Shown piece by piece: positions 29,914 through 40,450 of a stretch of DNA of 64,000 nucleotides. Within the stretch, counting starts at the first letter, position 1. Every line of letters begins with the position of its first letter. The notes under the pieces were generated by a model. The model ran no database searches. It saw nothing but the letters and a program-made list of their open reading frames with translations, and was not told the origin of the DNA. The DNA lies in the IMG/VR virus record IMGVR_UViG_3300022890_000014, positions 32,001 to 96,000 of that record. One strand, written 5' to 3'. The stretch is from a virus. The position numbers and the translations under genes were made by a program.

Positions 29914-30411
29914 ATGGCTGCAAATTACAAGGAATTACTATCCAGTGTGTACACAGTCTGGGAAGGAATTGACGAACTAACTGGAATGTTCTTTAGTGGA
30001 GTATCTGGCCTTAGCGAGTGCCATGAAGATAATGATGAGCTAAAAAAAGTATGGAGACTCATATTTGGGCATGGTGATTATAATGGGCTGGTGAATGAGT
30101 ACGAAGATGCCTACATGTCGTGGCCTAAGCCGGTAAACAAGGGCACTAGAATAGACCGTGTGCGCAACTACAACCTTAGATTAGATCAGTCCTACGAGCG
30201 ACTACAGGATATGATCGAGACTATGCACTACCTATCAAATACAGTGGTTCTGGATATAGTTGGAGACTATGACTGGCACGAAAGCATTAACAGTGCAATT
30301 ACTATCCTTGTTGACTCGCTACATGAGAGGTTGTGCAGACCTGATAACGAAACTATCTTCCGTGTCAAGAGAAAATACAAGAAACTAATGAATGAATTGG
30401 GTGTCGCGTAA
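29914..30411 (+). CDS. Hypothetical protein
   Basis: 165-aa ORF with SD, downstream of the promoter motif at 29859. Confidence 0.65.
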   Translation: MAANYKELLSSVYTVWEGIDELTGMFFSGVSGLSECHEDNDELKKVWRLIFGHGDYNGLVNEYEDAYMSWPKPVNKGTRIDRVRNYNLRLDQSYERLQDMIETMHYLSNTVVLDIVGDYDWHESINSAITILVDSLHERLCRPDNETIFRVKRKYKKLMNELGVA

Positions 30412-30421
30412 GGCTTACGCA
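30405..30421. repeat. 17-bp palindrome copy (supplies stop codon)
   Basis: CGCGTAAGGCTTACGCA. Confidence 0.95.
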
Positions 30422-30432
30422 AAGGAAAAGAC

Positions 30433-31629
30433 ATGAAGAGTAGCCTAGTGTTCGATATTTTCAAAGAGAACGTCCCAAAATGGAACGCTATTCTATCAGC
30501 AGTAGATAGTGCAATATCTGGCAAAGGTGAGAAGCTTATAGTTATTGAATCTGATGATGATGAACAAGTAGTAAAGTTCAGCACAGTGGGGTTTAATACT
30601 CCTATATATTCAGAAATAGAAACTCTTGTTGAAGAGTCAGGAGTAGTATGTGTTGACCCAAAGATATTTTGCAAGATGGGCATTGCTAACAAGAATGAAG
30701 ATGTACATGTGGAGGCAATCATCGACACTAAGGATGAGGAGGGTTCTGAGTGTGGAAAACTTATCATCTCGTTCGGAGAAAGCTATTCAGAAATTCCGGT
30801 ATCAACTCAATATACGGCTGAGGAGATAGATGAAGATCATCATTTCTCGCCTATTATACCAAGCTCCCTCATTGATGGACTAAAGAAGGTAGAAAAGTTG
30901 CATGATAAAAAAAGCAACACTTCTGCACCGTCAAGAGTTATAGTCGAGAGTGTTGTCTTTGGTACTGTCGATGGCAAACTATCCTTATCTGTCACTGACG
31001 CCACAGCACTTGCTCAGTCAATAACAGATAATATTAGTCCATGTGGAAAAAACCACAGCATTCACATCTCAGCAATCAAGCCATTACAAAAGTTCCTTGA
31101 GCACATGAGCAAGGAGAATAAGTTCTCATGGGCAATCACAGACAGCAAGATGTTATTTAGAGCAGGTAAAACTGTCATGTCTATATCCATGATCGAGACA
31201 CCACCTGTTGCAAACTCATTTGGTCAGTTCTTCTTTGATGTGCACGGACAGAGGAGTGTTGCTGTGGATAGAAAAGAATTCCTTGTTGCACTAAATAGGT
31301 GTGCAGGAATACAGACATCCTCAAAAAAGAAGCATGGCTTGCCAATAGTGTGTCAGTTGTCAGAAGGAAACTTGATAGTTGGACTGAGTGCTGCTGGTCT
31401 CAAGACAAGATCTAGAGTCAAATGCACTGTGCTAGATGAGTACGAAGCTGTTAGCTCATTCTGCGTGAACATAAAACATCTGATAGCAGCAGTTAAAAAC
31501 ATATCAGATGATATTCTTTCTATAGTCTTCATTGATGCAAGAGACAAAGATAACAAAATGAAGATGGCTAGATTAACTGGAATGGAAGACCAGTCATTCC
31601 GTGAAGCAATTATGCAAATGAGGATTTAA
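30433..31629 (+). CDS. dnaN: DNA polymerase III beta sliding clamp-like protein
   Basis: 398 aa; 'SVTDATALA' (ATDGHRL-like), 'VDRKEFLVALNR', 'FCVNIKHLIAAVKNI', C-terminal 'AIMQMRI' (IMPMRL-like). Confidence 0.75.
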   Translation: MKSSLVFDIFKENVPKWNAILSAVDSAISGKGEKLIVIESDDDEQVVKFSTVGFNTPIYSEIETLVEESGVVCVDPKIFCKMGIANKNEDVHVEAIIDTKDEEGSECGKLIISFGESYSEIPVSTQYTAEEIDEDHHFSPIIPSSLIDGLKKVEKLHDKKSNTSAPSRVIVESVVFGTVDGKLSLSVTDATALAQSITDNISPCGKNHSIHISAIKPLQKFLEHMSKENKFSWAITDSKMLFRAGKTVMSISMIETPPVANSFGQFFFDVHGQRSVAVDRKEFLVALNRCAGIQTSSKKKHGLPIVCQLSEGNLIVGLSAAGLKTRSRVKCTVLDEYEAVSSFCVNIKHLIAAVKNISDDILSIVFIDARDKDNKMKMARLTGMEDQSFREAIMQMRI

Positions 31630-31907
31630 TGAAACTATCAGATATTATTACGCATTTCAAAACAACAAGCAATCTCACTATCGAACTCACAAATTATTTA
31701 GTTGGAGCAGCAAAGCATGTTGGCTATCTAGATAAAGATATTCCAATCAGTGAGTGGCTAGAAATTGTTATTATTCCTTTGAATAAGGCTCTTAGTCATG
31801 AAGGAATACAAGGGATCTCCGTATGCGCTGGATGCGGCCTGCCAAGGCATTTAGGTAGATGCATGAAGAAACTAACCGCAGAAGAAGGAGAAAATGGCTT
31901 TGAGTGA
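31629..31907 (+). CDS. Small hypothetical protein (CxxC...H...C)
   Basis: Coupled ORF, 92 aa. Confidence 0.6.
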   Translation: MKLSDIITHFKTTSNLTIELTNYLVGAAKHVGYLDKDIPISEWLEIVIIPLNKALSHEGIQGISVCAGCGLPRHLGRCMKKLTAEEGENGFE

Positions 31908-32442
31908 TAAACTATCTCATGTGTACAAGTGGACTGTAGCTGAATGTAATGAGCAGGTTGGGAGGTGGTTAACTCCAGTGCTTCCTAACCAGGCTGACTT
32001 TCCAGAGACCAAGATAACTCTTCTCGTAAAAGAAGACAGTACGTTCATAAAATCATCTGTCGTGTACGGTGTTCAGATAGAACAGCCTATACATGAGTTC
32101 GCAAAGATGATTATGGGTGTTAAGGTATTTGAGAAGAGAGAGAAAGAGAATACTATACTCACCATAGGAAACGAGGTTATTCCTGGTGGGCTGTATATTC
32201 TCTATAGTGTACTCGAACAACAAATGCTTTGTATGAATTTCTATACAGAGGCAGAAGCAAAAGCTTACAAGAACCACTTCGTTTATCTGGACTCAAAATA
32301 TCAATTAGGTCAGTTCGTTCCTCATAAGGTTCAAACAAGCTTCCCTCAACATCCTTGGTTCAATGGAGACTTTATTAATCCAGCAGAACTATCTTTTCTT
32401 ACTATATCTAGCAATAAGGTTGCAAAGGACAGCATGTCATGA
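31894..32442 (+). CDS. Hypothetical protein
   Basis: AGGAG SD; 182 aa. Confidence 0.65.
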   Translation: MALSDKLSHVYKWTVAECNEQVGRWLTPVLPNQADFPETKITLLVKEDSTFIKSSVVYGVQIEQPIHEFAKMIMGVKVFEKREKENTILTIGNEVIPGGLYILYSVLEQQMLCMNFYTEAEAKAYKNHFVYLDSKYQLGQFVPHKVQTSFPQHPWFNGDFINPAELSFLTISSNKVAKDSMS

Positions 32443-32684
32443 TCATATTGATTGTTGAGATAGCAGAAGATGTAGATACCTGGGTTTACCTAATCGATAC
32501 CAGAAAGATACTTGGTGTCAGATCGGAGGACTACAAGTACAAAGACCAGATAGACGAAGCTATGTCTAGTAAGGATAAATCTCTGTCTGGATGCACAGTG
32601 TTCATGTCACACGGCGACATGCCTAAATCAATATGTGTTAAGCCACCACAATTTGTGGAACACATGATTGAGTTTTCATACTAA
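32439..32684 (+). CDS. Hypothetical protein
   Basis: ATGA overlap with the upstream gene. Confidence 0.55.
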   Translation: MIILIVEIAEDVDTWVYLIDTRKILGVRSEDYKYKDQIDEAMSSKDKSLSGCTVFMSHGDMPKSICVKPPQFVEHMIEFSY

Positions 32685-32701
32685 TGCGTAAGCCTTACGC
32701 A
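32685..32701. repeat. 17-bp palindrome copy
   Basis: Perfect, between stop codon and SD. Confidence 0.95.
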
Positions 32702-32716
32702 AACGGAGAAAGTCTA

Positions 32717-33220
32717 ATGATCGAATACAAAAAGGTTGGAGAACTAGCTAACATTCACTGCATATCAGAATGGGACAGATGTCAAGTAGAGGAGGCTATC
32801 GAGCTACTGCAATTTCTATTCAAAAGAGGAAGCACCGAAGTAAAAGACTTCGAGTGGGAAGATGTTCACATGTTCGCTGGATGCAACGGAAGTATATTTC
32901 TTCAAAATAGACATGAACAAACAGCTGCGTACTCGAAATCAGACAATGAAATACTTCGTGTATATGATTGCTCATGCGGAGAAGAGATTCTTGGGTATGA
33001 AAATCTCCTTCAGCATATGGTAGACGAAACTGTTAGGGCTGTTGTTTTTGGAGATAGAGATATAAAAAGTTGTGGAGATTTCTTCTATGGTGTGTCGGGG
33101 ATAGACAAAGGAAAAATAGAGGAGTTATGGGAGTGGATAAAAAAAGAAATGAAAGAATGTGGCCTTGGAGATCCAGATCCAACAAGTCTAGAGGAATTGC
33201 AAGGAAAACAAAAAGGATAA
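32717..33220 (+). CDS. Hypothetical protein
   Basis: Start moved to MIEYKK after ACGGAG SD. Confidence 0.6.
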   Translation: MIEYKKVGELANIHCISEWDRCQVEEAIELLQFLFKRGSTEVKDFEWEDVHMFAGCNGSIFLQNRHEQTAAYSKSDNEILRVYDCSCGEEILGYENLLQHMVDETVRAVVFGDRDIKSCGDFFYGVSGIDKGKIEELWEWIKKEMKECGLGDPDPTSLEELQGKQKG

Positions 33221-33429
33221 TAAAAAAATATGATGTAGCCATACTTGTGGCTATATGGTACATCGGTGTGATAATCTTCTGCTATACACAATAAAAAAAG
33301 GGACAATCCGGTAGCCAGCCAGAAAGTCCCTTTCTTTATTGGAGAAGGTCTAATGAACAACTCTTATGCGGAGGTTGTGACGCAAAGGAGTATGCGTACA
33401 TAGTCTCACACTGTTGTTCATTTGTCAAC

Positions 33430-33738
33430 TTATATTTTTTTACACAATGTACATATTTTTATCCTAGGCATCAACATTTGTTTTCTGCCAAACTCTTCTT
33501 TTATTCTATTTATTTCCGACAATGAATGTTCGACTAGTACATGTATATTTTTATTTCCACACAAACAACATCTTGATGATGCATTTTTAGGGATAATTCC
33601 ACGAGAAAGCCAAGAACCCCACGTCACAGTTTTATTCTTTCTGTTCAATGGATACTCTTTTTCAGACTCTACTACGTGAGAACCGCCCCACTTATCAGAT
33701 GATTGTCCGATAAGTTTTATTGATGTGGCCTTAGCCAT
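33430..33738 (-). CDS. Small Cys-containing hypothetical protein
   Basis: CCxC...CxxC, 102 aa. Confidence 0.5.
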   Translation of the reverse strand: MAKATSIKLIGQSSDKWGGSHVVESEKEYPLNRKNKTVTWGSWLSRGIIPKNASSRCCLCGNKNIHVLVEHSLSEINRIKEEFGRKQMLMPRIKICTLCKKI

Positions 33739-33755
33739 CTAGTTACACTGACCAT

Positions 33756-34268
33756 TCATGTCGAGTTCCTTTCACACATCTTGCATAGTAACTTGTGGGC
33801 TTCTCTATACCCATCTGTTTTTGCTTTTACGAACACTCTTCTTTTTCTTTCTAAACCTTTTGCCCACCTCTTACATTTCTCACACCTTCCATTCATCATG
33901 CACCAATAGCAATAAGGAAGAACTTTTCCTTCATCTCCTGTTATCCAGAAGATATTTCTGTCTTCATATACCTTATCGCAGTTCGAGCATACTGATTCTG
34001 GATCTTGCAAGTATGCTTCTGAGTATAGGTCAAGGATTATGTAGTGCTTGCACCACGAATTCCTTTGTCTAACCCTTGTCATCTTATTTCCAACACTAGA
34101 GGAGTTAAGCATCTCTAGTGCATCTTCTATCATAACCTCCTTTATCGACTGCCCATATAGTTCTTCTGAAAGAATATCGTCTAACCTTCTGACAACAGAG
34201 ACTATTTTCTCCTCATACTTCTCTGGGTTATTGAAAATATCCATAAGGATTGATTCTGACATAAGCAC
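33756..34268 (-). CDS. Zinc-finger hypothetical protein
   Basis: Four CxxC pairs. Confidence 0.6.
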   Translation of the reverse strand: MLMSESILMDIFNNPEKYEEKIVSVVRRLDDILSEELYGQSIKEVMIEDALEMLNSSSVGNKMTRVRQRNSWCKHYIILDLYSEAYLQDPESVCSNCDKVYEDRNIFWITGDEGKVLPYCYWCMMNGRCEKCKRWAKGLERKRRVFVKAKTDGYREAHKLLCKMCERNST

Positions 34269-34568
34269 CTACTCTTTCAGTTTTCTTTCATCCCTTAAGT
34301 CTTTCAGGAAGTATATTATCTCTTCGTCGGATAGTATCATCGCCCCTAGGTTTTCTGCCTTCATTCTCATTGGTGCTGATAGATAAAACCTAGGAACATG
34401 CTCATCTGAACCTTTCACGAACCACTTGTCAGACCAACCTAAAACATGAACAAAATCTCTCAGGTCTTCCTCTTTTTCTGAGAATAGATAACACCAGTTA
34501 GGTCCATACATTGAAGCACCTTTTGGTAGCTTCCTAGCATTTAGATAGAGTCCTGATAAATATATCAC
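34269..34568 (-). CDS. DUF4031-like protein
   Basis: 'WCYLFSE...DL..F...LG....WF......F.L....R..A..LGA' resembles the DUF4031 pattern; AGGAGG SD. Confidence 0.55.
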   Translation of the reverse strand: MIYLSGLYLNARKLPKGASMYGPNWCYLFSEKEEDLRDFVHVLGWSDKWFVKGSDEHVPRFYLSAPMRMKAENLGAMILSDEEIIYFLKDLRDERKLKE

Positions 34569-34578
34569 TGTCCCTCCT

Positions 34579-34595
34579 TGCGTAAGCCTTACGCA
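34579..34595. repeat. 17-bp palindrome copy
   Basis: Perfect, between stop codon and SD. Confidence 0.95.
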
Positions 34596-35321
34596 TTACG
34601 TGTGCATCTGAGATTTCTCATGGTCTACAGACAGACCACCATTCATTACTATTGCAGAGTTTGAGGTTCCAACAAGCATGTACTCGAAGTCCATGTACAT
34701 ACTGTCGTCATCTTCTATCTTTCCGTTACTGAACATCACGATGCCCTTAACATTAGAAGGGTATTTGCTAGCTATTGAGTCTACAGTATTAGACATGTTC
34801 TTACAGGTAGACATAAGAGAGATCCACCTTTTGAGCTTCATGAATCTTTCTGATGGTTTGGTTTTAGATTTTATAGATTTATATCTTGCTGTGTTGTCTT
34901 CTCCACGAAGTAGATTATCAACATCCATTCCATTGATCTTTTCTTCTCTTCCAAGAAGCATTTCAATAAGATGTCTTCCATCTATGCGTCCTGCCATGTC
35001 AAGAATGTGTGGACTCATTATGAGTGAATAAAGTGAGTTTCTAAGTATGTCTGAGATAATTTCATTCATCTCGACGTACTTTTCAATCATGCTTTTGAAT
35101 ATCTGATAAGTGCCTTCTCCTTTTGAAAGAATCCTGTGCGCTGGAGATCTAAGACTTGTTGACAGAGTATATTCAGTAAACTTAGTGTTCAATCCTAGAC
35201 CCCTGAAGATGGATATTATATCTCCATCTTCTTCCATGCATCTAATCATTCTTGATTGACATAAGTTGTCTCTAGAATTGATGATTGATCTTGGAGTTGC
35301 AAACCAAACTGCTTCTTTCAT
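34596..35321 (-). CDS. Hypothetical protein
   Basis: 241 aa; AGGAG SD. Confidence 0.65.
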   Translation of the reverse strand: MKEAVWFATPRSIINSRDNLCQSRMIRCMEEDGDIISIFRGLGLNTKFTEYTLSTSLRSPAHRILSKGEGTYQIFKSMIEKYVEMNEIISDILRNSLYSLIMSPHILDMAGRIDGRHLIEMLLGREEKINGMDVDNLLRGEDNTARYKSIKSKTKPSERFMKLKRWISLMSTCKNMSNTVDSIASKYPSNVKGIVMFSNGKIEDDDSMYMDFEYMLVGTSNSAIVMNGGLSVDHEKSQMHT

Positions 35322-35409
35322 GGCGATCTCCTGTTAGTGTAAATTGTATTGACCTTCTATCTTGTACCAATATATAATGATTCATCACCCATGCATTGAG
35401 GAATGTAAA

Positions 35410-36462
35410 ATGAACAAACTAATGGTTCCTGGTAAATACATCAAGTCTATTACTACCGAGAAAGTTAACACGTACATAAAGGCAATAGCTGCTCTAAACA
35501 TAATTGCTTTGCAGGACGGAACAGATAGTATAGGACATATAGCTATAGCAGCAGAGAAGGAACTCAAGAGGTTCTCTAGTAAAAAGATTGAAGATCTAGC
35601 ATACGATTACAGCGGAAAGGATTCGTTTGTATCAAAAATGGTAGATGTGTGTAGGTGGGATTGGACTATACCTGGAACACTCCCTATACTTCTAGTAAAA
35701 AACTTACTTATGGCCTACAGGACCAGGTTGATGAACTGGGCTACAGGAAAGGAGTTTGGGGAAGCTATTCACAACAATGGCTTTGATAGGGGAAATAAAG
35801 AGAATAGAATGGACAACTTTCCATCTTTGCTTACGAGTCAACTCGAAGCTCTTGAGTTCATGGATAGCACATTAGATGCCTCTACTATGGCTATGTCCAA
35901 CTTTGGGATGTTTAAGCCTTTCTCTGGTGTAAACGAAGCTAGTGCTGTTCTTTTGAAGAGCCTTGTTGATATATGCTCCGCTCTTAAGCAAGCATGCAAC
36001 CCTATAGCTTCGGCATGCAACTGGAGATCAAATCTTCCTGTTCACTCCTTGTACATGATGACAATAAGAGCTATATCTGGAGGATCAATCATACCTACCT
36101 ATGATAATCACAGCAAGGAATACAGTCAGTCTCCAAACCTGAATATGCATTCCTTAGACATGATGATGTGCAAGAACCTCAATGATGTATACTCTGAACT
36201 ACACATGTTCGGACAGCAAATGGCAATCATATTCTTTGAGAAATCAAACTCCCCAATTGGCACAGTCGGCGGTGATATGATTAAAAAAATATCAGACATG
36301 CTGATATTCGAGTCCGTTTGCAAGATGGTTGGTTCCAAGGATAGGCTTGTCAGTAAACTAAGTTCCAAACTTAAGACAAACCTTCTGTTTGGAAGAAGTC
36401 GTATAGAACCACTGCTTAAGCTAATTCATGTGGAGTCTCAACTCCCTCGTTGGATTAGCTAG
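35410..36462 (+). CDS. Hypothetical protein
   Basis: About 350 aa from ATG 35410 after GAGG SD. Confidence 0.65.
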   Translation: MNKLMVPGKYIKSITTEKVNTYIKAIAALNIIALQDGTDSIGHIAIAAEKELKRFSSKKIEDLAYDYSGKDSFVSKMVDVCRWDWTIPGTLPILLVKNLLMAYRTRLMNWATGKEFGEAIHNNGFDRGNKENRMDNFPSLLTSQLEALEFMDSTLDASTMAMSNFGMFKPFSGVNEASAVLLKSLVDICSALKQACNPIASACNWRSNLPVHSLYMMTIRAISGGSIIPTYDNHSKEYSQSPNLNMHSLDMMMCKNLNDVYSELHMFGQQMAIIFFEKSNSPIGTVGGDMIKKISDMLIFESVCKMVGSKDRLVSKLSSKLKTNLLFGRSRIEPLLKLIHVESQLPRWIS

Positions 36463-36770
36463 TCTACATATCTCCATCTCCCAGACTTTGTTACTCTTGT
36501 CTCCAGTTCTGGAAACTCCCATAGTTTATTATTAAGGAACCATCTTCCAGAACACTGAGACACATCTACCCCAGGTATTCCACTTAACCTACTTCTTGTG
36601 GTTTGTGTCTTTTCACCACAGGAAGTAATGTGTATTCCTCCTTCTTTTAACCACGCTATCTTATTTCCAAACAGAAACATTTTGTCGCCTCTAACTGCCG
36701 TGTTGGTTCTGTGGAAATATCGTCCCTCAACTAATGCTTCACCTGCTCTGACTGATTGCTTTCTTGGCAT
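36459..36770 (-). CDS. Hypothetical phage protein
   Basis: 103 aa; AGGAG SD. Confidence 0.6.
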   Translation of the reverse strand: MPRKQSVRAGEALVEGRYFHRTNTAVRGDKMFLFGNKIAWLKEGGIHITSCGEKTQTTRSRLSGIPGVDVSQCSGRWFLNNKLWEFPELETRVTKSGRWRYVD

Positions 36771-36818
36771 CTTTTACTCCTACATGTTTTGTGGTTCAGT
36801 AAAAGACTTATACCCAAT

Positions 36819-36835
36819 TGCGTAAGCCTTACGCA
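36819..36835. repeat. 17-bp palindrome copy (supplies stop codon)
   Basis: Perfect, ends the SNF2 gene. Confidence 0.95.
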
Positions 36836-38649
36836 TCATCAACATCCCTGAGTGACTCCCATATATTCTCAATATTAGGAACCAAGAAATCATCCATGCT
36901 AAATCCAGTAGATGTGATGGTCTGAGTTCTCTGTTTCTTTCTCATCGAAATCACAACCTTTTCATCACGGGTGTTTCTTGCTACGAGGAAGTATGCAAAA
37001 ATTGGTCTTTCTTGTCCATCTCTGTAGTTTCTATCGAATGATTGCTCGAAGTGCAGTAAGTTATCTGATAGAGAGAAGTAAAACATATAGTTAGCACACT
37101 GCATATTAGTCCCAACACCAACCGAAGCAGGATGAGCTACAAGAAAAATCTCTTCTGGCTCATCTAAGAACTTATCAAGAGCCTTCATTGTTTTGCCAGG
37201 TGTTTGCCCACCATAGGCAACCCCGTGATTTATACCTTTCTTTTTTAGCATTGCAGATATACTTCTGACTTCATGCTGAAACGAACACCATATTATTCCT
37301 TTGTTCTCTCTTATTTGAACCATCTCATCTACAAGTTCCTCAAGACACTCCATTTTTGCACTTGGTAGATCCTTCACTTCTCCTTCATCAGACTTGAAGA
37401 ATCCACTTGTTGCCTGTCTTAGTTTTGTGAACTTTGGAAGTAATTGTTCATATGAGGCTTGATGACCTTCATGCTCTGCAAACTGATCTTCGCATAGGTG
37501 CTTATAGAACGAACCTTGCTTTCTTCCCATCTTCACAGTCTTTAGAATGAGCGTTCTTTCTGGTAGGTCAAGCACGTCCTTCTTCATAAATCTAACTATG
37601 AATGGAGCTAGATGGTCTGCTAGCTGCCCTTCTGCCCCTCTCTTTGGAACCCAGTTGTATGAAAACTTGTTGTACTGGTATTTTTCGCGATAGGTTTTAT
37701 AATGTGTATCGAGTACGATACCGTTGTCTAGGAACTCGAATTGCCCGTAGTAGTCATCAATGCCGTTAGGTGCTGGAGATCCGTTAAGTATCATCTTGTG
37801 ATTTGCACTCTCAGATATTTTCTTTATCTTCTGTAGAGTCTTTGACTTCCAGTTCTTTATACCAGCAGACTCATCAACAATAACTAGATCTGGACCCCAA
37901 TCAATAATCCTAGGCATAAGACCAGCCAATGCTATGCTTGGGTTGCACAATATGATGTCGCACTTGGAGTCGAAGCAATCATCTATGTATCTCTGCTTCT
38001 TTTTACTAGTGAACTCAGACCATAGTATCCTATGGTCTAAAGACGTGAACTTTCGTATGTCACTTCTCCATGCATTCTTCATGGTAGATAATGGCGCTAA
38101 TACGAATGCTCTATCTATTATGCCTTGCTCAATGAGGAATTCTGCCCATACAAGAGACACATATGTTTTTCCAATACCCATGTCGAATAGAATTGCATGT
38201 GTATCCCTGACACCTAACTGCTCAAACATCCATCTTAGTGTTACTTGCTGATGCTTTCTTGGGTCCATCAGTGGAGACATCGCTCTTGGTAAATCAGGTA
38301 CTATTTCGTCATTCATGTAAGGCAATATGATTTCTTGCCTAAGTCTTACTAGAAGTTCTCTCTGTTTATTGTATATAGAATTCATCTTCTCAAGATATGA
38401 CTTTCTCATGTCATATTCTCTAGTCGATTCTATGTCAGGAACTAAGTCCTCAACTAGCTCAAGATTAACTCTTGACGCCTCCATTGTTATTGCGCCTGAG
38501 TCAGTCGGCGTAACATTGTAAAACATAGAGTGGAGTGCTGACTCCTCGTTCATATCTTTGTATTTAGGCTTGATTCGGAAGAATGATCTGTCCTCATAGT
38601 AGAATATATCTTTTTTCATTAGTTTCTCCATATAAGTATTTTCGGACAT
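36829..38649 (-). CDS. SNF2-family (SF2) helicase/ATPase
   Basis: DMGIGKT Walker A, IVDESA, LNGSP, KLRQ, GVGTNMQ, QSFDRNYRDGQ motif VI. Confidence 0.9.
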   Translation of the reverse strand: MSENTYMEKLMKKDIFYYEDRSFFRIKPKYKDMNEESALHSMFYNVTPTDSGAITMEASRVNLELVEDLVPDIESTREYDMRKSYLEKMNSIYNKQRELLVRLRQEIILPYMNDEIVPDLPRAMSPLMDPRKHQQVTLRWMFEQLGVRDTHAILFDMGIGKTYVSLVWAEFLIEQGIIDRAFVLAPLSTMKNAWRSDIRKFTSLDHRILWSEFTSKKKQRYIDDCFDSKCDIILCNPSIALAGLMPRIIDWGPDLVIVDESAGIKNWKSKTLQKIKKISESANHKMILNGSPAPNGIDDYYGQFEFLDNGIVLDTHYKTYREKYQYNKFSYNWVPKRGAEGQLADHLAPFIVRFMKKDVLDLPERTLILKTVKMGRKQGSFYKHLCEDQFAEHEGHQASYEQLLPKFTKLRQATSGFFKSDEGEVKDLPSAKMECLEELVDEMVQIRENKGIIWCSFQHEVRSISAMLKKKGINHGVAYGGQTPGKTMKALDKFLDEPEEIFLVAHPASVGVGTNMQCANYMFYFSLSDNLLHFEQSFDRNYRDGQERPIFAYFLVARNTRDEKVVISMRKKQRTQTITSTGFSMDDFLVPNIENIWESLRDVDDA

Positions 38650-38652
38650 TAT

Positions 38653-38670
38653 CTTATACCTTGGTATAAG
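38653..38670. promoter_or_regulatory. Back-to-back GGTATAAG motifs (CTTATACC-TT-GGTATAAG) between divergent genes
   Basis: Perfect inverted pair between the SNF2 gene and the 38722 gene. Confidence 0.5.
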
Positions 38671-38677
38671 TATAGTA

Positions 38678-38694
38678 CGCGTAAGCCTTACGCA
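38678..38694. repeat. 17-bp palindrome copy
   Basis: CGCGTAAGCCTTACGCA, divergent intergenic region. Confidence 0.95.
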
Positions 38695-38721
38695 ACAAAC
38701 AATAAAAAAAAGAGGTGTGTC

Positions 38722-39189
38722 ATGGACAGGCAGTACTACAAGGTCGTTAGAAGGCCGGAAAACTTCGTCGAAAAGTATCCTGAGTATGTATCTCAGTCAA
38801 GTATGGTATTCGAGCTGAAATATCGTCCTGATGAATGGACTAAGGCGATAGAAGGAACTGGCGTACTAGTTCACTACTTGGATGATGACGGACTATTTGA
38901 ACTTGCTAGATTCTTTAGACATGACCCATTTGCTGTTTTCAAAGTATCTGTTGAAGATGAAGTTCAGATGCCAAGCAAAAGGATTATAAGCAGCGGTTAC
39001 TCTGCGATAGTTGATAACTGGGTATATAGAAGTGGGATATTAGGAGAGGCTGAAGATTTGATTGCAGAATTTTGGGCTAATGAAAAACTTAATGTAAAAA
39101 CATCAACATGGCCCATACACTCCAAGGCATTCATAAGAGTCAAGTTGGTCAAAGAGGTGAATTATGAAGAAGTACTACATAATATATGA
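38722..39189 (+). CDS. Hypothetical protein
   Basis: GAGGTG SD; 155 aa. Confidence 0.65.
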   Translation: MDRQYYKVVRRPENFVEKYPEYVSQSSMVFELKYRPDEWTKAIEGTGVLVHYLDDDGLFELARFFRHDPFAVFKVSVEDEVQMPSKRIISSGYSAIVDNWVYRSGILGEAEDLIAEFWANEKLNVKTSTWPIHSKAFIRVKLVKEVNYEEVLHNI

Positions 39190-39529
39190 GGACACAACTA
39201 GAGATTGGGTTGAACATATATTGAGAAACACTGGAAGGATGTGGACTAAATTCCTGTATCTCCCAGATGATAACGATGTTGCATACCTAAGGTGTATAGG
39301 CTACACATCTGAGAATAGAGGAACAGAAGCGGGGGATGTGCCCAAATCAACTCAGGAGTTTGCAGAGTTTGACAACACTCATAGAAAGACTCAGTATATA
39401 GACAGTATGCAGATGTTCGAGGAAGAAGACTTTCCAGAATACATGCCTTCTTTATTCAAGGTATACTTAGGTGAGTTTCCGTCAAAAGAAGAAGCTCTAG
39501 AATACTACAAGAATACAGATCTTGCGTAA
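39164..39529 (+). CDS. Hypothetical protein
   Basis: GAGGTG SD; stop codon lies in a palindrome copy. Confidence 0.6.
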   Translation: MKKYYIIYEDTTRDWVEHILRNTGRMWTKFLYLPDDNDVAYLRCIGYTSENRGTEAGDVPKSTQEFAEFDNTHRKTQYIDSMQMFEEEDFPEYMPSLFKVYLGEFPSKEEALEYYKNTDLA

Positions 39530-39539
39530 GGCTTACGCG
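39523..39539. repeat. 17-bp palindrome copy (supplies stop codon)
   Basis: TGCGTAAGGCTTACGCG. Confidence 0.95.
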
Positions 39540-39550
39540 AAGGACTAACA

Positions 39551-39886
39551 ATGACATTCTCAGAATTGTTTACGAATTTCCTGAAAGAAGAAAAGCTACT
39601 TAATGAAGGTGGAGAGTTCCGCACATGGGACAACAAACCAAGAATGATACGCAGAAACAGCAGTAACTTGGCGTCAAAACTATATAGCGAAGTAGTTAGA
39701 GCAAAGAGAGAAGATACCGGCATTATCTCTGATGAATGCTGTATTATATTCTGTACTGAAAATATGATTTCTGTAGTTGGCGGGGTAGACTCTATTCATG
39801 GTATAGAGAGTAAGCTGGAATACATGGATGAAAGAGCTTCTACTTCGGATTTTCCAACGCTACCAACTCCCCAACAAAAGAAGTAG
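39551..39886 (+). CDS. Hypothetical protein
   Basis: AAGGA SD; 111 aa. Confidence 0.55.
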   Translation: MTFSELFTNFLKEEKLLNEGGEFRTWDNKPRMIRRNSSNLASKLYSEVVRAKREDTGIISDECCIIFCTENMISVVGGVDSIHGIESKLEYMDERASTSDFPTLPTPQQKK

Positions 39887-40370
39887 GTAGCACATTCAGT
39901 GTGGCCTTGACTCTTCCAATTTCAGATGGCTTCAATTCAGAGATGGGAGTACCTGGGGCTATCTTGATTTCGATTGAGTCTCTAACGATACGAGAAGAAA
40001 CAAAGTCTATCTTACCAAGGATATTCTGAGTTTCTTTGTCTCTAATAACAATAGAGAAGGACTCTTCTGCGTTGGTCTTGCTAAACGGACATTTGATTGT
40101 GCGCTTGCTTGCAGCTAAGAGTTCATCGTATTCTTTTTTTACCGCACTGATAGTGACCTTGGCTTGCTGCCTCTTATTCCTGCTATCGTTGACTGTGTTA
40201 AAAACAGTCTCTAACTCGTACCCCCTCTCAATACCTTCGTTAATCATTGACTTGTCAATGGAATCCAGAATGTGAGTAACATCCATGAGGTGTTTTCTTG
40301 ACTTTCTCGGATCTATGATTACTGTAGATCCGTCACCAAATGCTGTTATCGGCTTTGCTTTTTTTGACAT
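39840..40370 (-). CDS. Hypothetical protein
   Basis: GGAG SD; 176 aa. Confidence 0.6.
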   Translation of the reverse strand: MSKKAKPITAFGDGSTVIIDPRKSRKHLMDVTHILDSIDKSMINEGIERGYELETVFNTVNDSRNKRQQAKVTISAVKKEYDELLAASKRTIKCPFSKTNAEESFSIVIRDKETQNILGKIDFVSSRIVRDSIEIKIAPGTPISELKPSEIGRVKATLNVLPTSFVGELVALENPK

Positions 40371-40450
40371 GATTTCTCCAATTTGTTTTTAATATAATGA
40401 CGTGCTGATTGTAGACTATCAATCAGAGTAAGTCAACAGTAAGGATTGTA